From Candidatus Dormiibacterota bacterium (GTDB lineage: Bacteria > Chloroflexota > Dormibacteria > Aeolococcales > Bog-877), in NCBI GenBank assembly GCA_027306595.1, contig DAHUZI010000040.1:1093-65092 (forward strand): a stretch of DNA of 64,000 bases, read 5' to 3'. Made by a program: the position numbers and the translations under genes. Shown piece after piece: positions 61,622 through 64,000 of this stretch. Numbering within the stretch: the stretch's first letter is position 1; the number at the start of each line of letters is the position of its first letter. The notes beneath the pieces were generated by a model. The model did not search any database and had not been told where the DNA came from. It saw nothing but the letters and a program-made list of their open reading frames with translations.

Positions 61622-64000
61622 ATGTCGTCCCGACCGGCCCTCGATGCGTTTCATCCCGCCGTCCGCACCTGGTTCGCGCGGCGGTTCCCTGGCGGACCGT
61701 CTGCTCCGCAGGCCGCTGGGTGGCCCGCCGTGCGGGCGGGCTCGGACACCCTGATCGCGGCGCCGACCGGGACGGGCAAGACGCTGGCCGGTTTCCTTGT
61801 CGCGATCGACGCCTGCTACCGAGCGCACACGGCCGGGGAGCTCCCGGCGGCGGGGACTCGGGTCGTGTACGTGTCACCGCTCAAGGCCCTGGCCGTGGAC
61901 ATCCAGGCGAACCTCACCGCGCCGCTGCGCGAGATCGCGCAGGTGGCGCAGGAGCTTGGGATGGCCTCGCCCGACCTCACGGTCCAGGTCCGCACCGGCG
62001 ACACGTCCGCGGCCGGGCGCCGGGCGATGGGGCGCACCCCGCCCACGTTCCTGGTGACCACGCCCGAGAGCCTCTTCCTGCTCCTCACCGCCGCCGGAGG
62101 CCGAGCCGCCCTCGGCGATGTCCGAACCGTGATCGTGGACGAGATCCACGCCGTGGCCCGCGACCGCCGCGGGGCCCACCTCGCCCTCTCGCTCGAGCGG
62201 CTGGAGCACCTCCAGCCCACCGGCCGCCGCCCCCAGCGGATCGGGCTCTCGGCCACCCAGCGTCCGCTCGAGGTGATCGGCGCCCTGCTCAGCGGCGTCG
62301 GGCCCGGTCGCGCGACCCGGATCGTCGACTGCGGACACCAGCGCGACCTGGATCTTCTCCTTGAGCTCCCCGGCAGCGAGCTGGCGGCGGTCGCCTCGAG
62401 CGAGCAGCTCGACGAGGTCCTCGACCGGATCGCCGACCAGGTCGGCCGGCACCGCACGACCCTGGTCTTCGTCAACACCCGGCGGATGGCCGAACGGTTC
62501 GCCCACCGGCTCGGGGAGCGGCTCGGGGGCGAGCAGGTCGCCGCCCACCACGGCAGCCTCTCGCGCGAGCGGCGCCAGCGGGTCGAGGCCCAGCTCCGCG
62601 CGGGCGAGCTCCGGGCCCTGGTCGCGACCGCGTCACTCGAGCTCGGGATCGACATCGGGCCGGTCGAGCTCGTCTGCCAGGTCGGAACCCCAAGGAGCAT
62701 TGCGACCCTCCTGCAGCGGGTCGGTCGCGCCAACCACGCCGGCGGCACCCCCAAGGGCCGGCTGTTCCCGATGACGCGGGACGAGCTGGTGGAGTGCACG
62801 GCCCTCCTGGCCGCGGTTCGGGGCGGCGACCTCGACGCCGTCCGCCCGCCGGCGGCCCCCCTCGACATCCTCGCTCAGCAGGTGGTGGCCGAGGTCGCGG
62901 CCGAGCCCTGGGGCGAAGCCGAGCTCCGCCACCTCGTGCGCCGGGCGGCCCCGTATGCCGAGCTCGCCGATGCGGACTTCGACGACGTCCTCGCGCTCGT
63001 GGACGGCGGGATCGTCACGGGCCGCGGACCGCGCGGCGCCCTCGTCCACCGCGACCGGGTGGGGGGCCGGCTCCAGGGTCGCCGAGGCGCCCGGCTGGCC
63101 GCGGTGACCGGCGGCGGGGCGATCCCCGACGCTGGCGACTACCGGGTGCTGGCCGACCCCGATGACACGCTGGTCGGCACGATCAACGAGGATTTCGCGA
63201 TCGAGTCCATGCCCGGTGACGTCTTCCTCCTCGGTTCCCACGCCTGGCGGATCCGACGGGTCGAGGCCGGGGTGGTCCGAGTCGTCGACGCGGCGGGCGC
63301 CACCCCGACCGTGCCCTTCTGGCTGGGGGAGGCCCCGGCGCGGACCGCCGAGCTCTCGGCCTGGGTCTCGCGGCTGCGCCGCGGCGTCGACGAGGACCTC
63401 GCGGCGGGGGGCGAGGCTCGGGCGCTGGCCGGGCTGGTGGCCTGGAGCGGGGTCGGCGACGAGGCGGCCGGCCAGGTGGTCCGGTACCTGGCCGCCGCCC
63501 GGGCCGTCCTCGGCATCCTGCCGAGCCAGGAGACGATCGTCTTCGAGCGGTTCTTCGACGCCACCGGGGCGACCCAGCTGGTGGTCCATGTCCCCATGGG
63601 CGGCCGGATCAATCGGGCCTTCGGGTTGGCCCTGCGCAAGCGGCTCTGCGTCACCTTCGACTTCGAGCTCCAGGCGGCGGCCAGCGACGACGCGGTCGTG
63701 CTCTCGCTGGGCCCGCAGCATGGCTTCCCGTTGCGGGCCGCCACCCGACTGGTGCGCGCCGCCACGGTCGAGACCACCCTCACGCAGGCCGTCCTCCCCA
63801 CCCCGCTCTTCGCCACCCGCTGGCGCTGGAACCTCACTCGGGCCCTGGTCATCTCCCGCGCCCGGAGTGGCCGTCGCACCCCGATCGCGATCCAGCGGAT
63901 GGAGGCCGACGACTGCATGGCGGCGGTCTTCCCCCAACTCGCCGCCTGCCAGGAGAACGCGCCCCCCGGTCCGATCGCGCTCAGCGACCATGTCCTGGTC
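61622..64000 (+). CDS. lhr: ATP-dependent helicase Lhr (DEAD/DEAH superfamily 2), N-terminal 793 codons; continues beyond the window
   Basis: This ORF is not in the supplied track because it has no stop in the window. My own translation from ATG 61622: MSSRPALDAFHPAVRTWFARRFPGGPSAPQAAGWPAVRAGSDTLIAAPTGTGKTLAGFL...VYVSPLKALAVDI...IVDEIHAVARDRRGAHL. Confidence 0.88.
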   Translation, partial: MSSRPALDAFHPAVRTWFARRFPGGPSAPQAAGWPAVRAGSDTLIAAPTGTGKTLAGFLVAIDACYRAHTAGELPAAGTRVVYVSPLKALAVDIQANLTAPLREIAQVAQELGMASPDLTVQVRTGDTSAAGRRAMGRTPPTFLVTTPESLFLLLTAAGGRAALGDVRTVIVDEIHAVARDRRGAHLALSLERLEHLQPTGRRPQRIGLSATQRPLEVIGALLSGVGPGRATRIVDCGHQRDLDLLLELPGSELAAVASSEQLDEVLDRIADQVGRHRTTLVFVNTRRMAERFAHRLGERLGGEQVAAHHGSLSRERRQRVEAQLRAGELRALVATASLELGIDIGPVELVCQVGTPRSIATLLQRVGRANHAGGTPKGRLFPMTRDELVECTALLAAVRGGDLDAVRPPAAPLDILAQQVVAEVAAEPWGEAELRHLVRRAAPYAELADADFDDVLALVDGGIVTGRGPRGALVHRDRVGGRLQGRRGARLAAVTGGGAIPDAGDYRVLADPDDTLVGTINEDFAIESMPGDVFLLGSHAWRIRRVEAGVVRVVDAAGATPTVPFWLGEAPARTAELSAWVSRLRRGVDEDLAAGGEARALAGLVAWSGVGDEAAGQVVRYLAAARAVLGILPSQETIVFERFFDATGATQLVVHVPMGGRINRAFGLALRKRLCVTFDFELQAAASDDAVVLSLGPQHGFPLRAATRLVRAATVETTLTQAVLPTPLFATRWRWNLTRALVISRARSGRRTPIAIQRMEADDCMAAVFPQLAACQENAPPGPIALSDHVLV

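Overview
This is a 64-kb chromosomal segment from a very high-G+C genome (by eye above 70%, not computed) of Gram-positive/Terrabacteria type. It carries mutS-mutL, RNase Y plus RNase J, spoVS, an F420-type LLM oxidoreductase and a GlgE alpha-glucan operon. That mix suggests a deep-branching Actinomycetota- or Chloroflexota-like organism, but this is inference only. I saw no rRNA, tRNA or CRISPR array.

Layout:
- nt 1-30,000: housekeeping backbone, almost entirely on the + strand: pnp, asd, udg, rnj, a D-Ala-D-Ala carboxypeptidase, ftsK, yajQ, pgsA, cinA/pncC, recA, rny, an HD-GYP protein, spoVS, miaB-mutS-mutL-miaA-hflX-psiE-like, lexA. The order mirrors the Bacillus subtilis map as I recall it.
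- nt 30,000-50,800: accessory-looking. It holds two uncharacterised envelope proteins upstream of lexA, a CocE/NonD hydrolase, a TetR-controlled Rieske/FAD/FAD oxidoreductase operon, and a NUDIX fusion protein. It also holds a tiny leaderless ORF divergent from an ArsR-type regulator, a pirin, and an ~0.9-kb IS5-family element. The IS abuts a visibly lower-G+C island (class-III aminotransferase plus orphan family-5 substrate-binding protein). Then come a LysM protein, a serine hydrolase and a second NUDIX.
- nt 50,779-58,310: glgE-treS-mak-glgB operon on the - strand.
- After that: a NiCoT nickel/cobalt permease, a small conserved ORF, an MFS transporter and the 5' part of lhr, which runs off the window.

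Three textbook sigma-A promoters carry Cheo-type LexA boxes (GAAC-N4-GTTC): recA, lexA and the LysM gene.

I did not find a clear-cut novel multi-gene system. There are no defence-type nucleases, reverse transcriptase, toxin pairs or arrays. The best leads are:
1. The LexA-boxed TM+LysM gene, a YneA/ChiZ-like SOS division-inhibitor candidate that is unlinked from lexA.
2. The uncharacterised 8-Cys secreted protein directly upstream of lexA.
3. The Rieske/FAD/CrtI-like operon, which has a perfect palindromic operator.
4. The unknown-domain-NUDIX, mini-ORF and ArsR locus.

Most long ORFs in the supplied track are antisense or off-frame artefacts of the G+C content.
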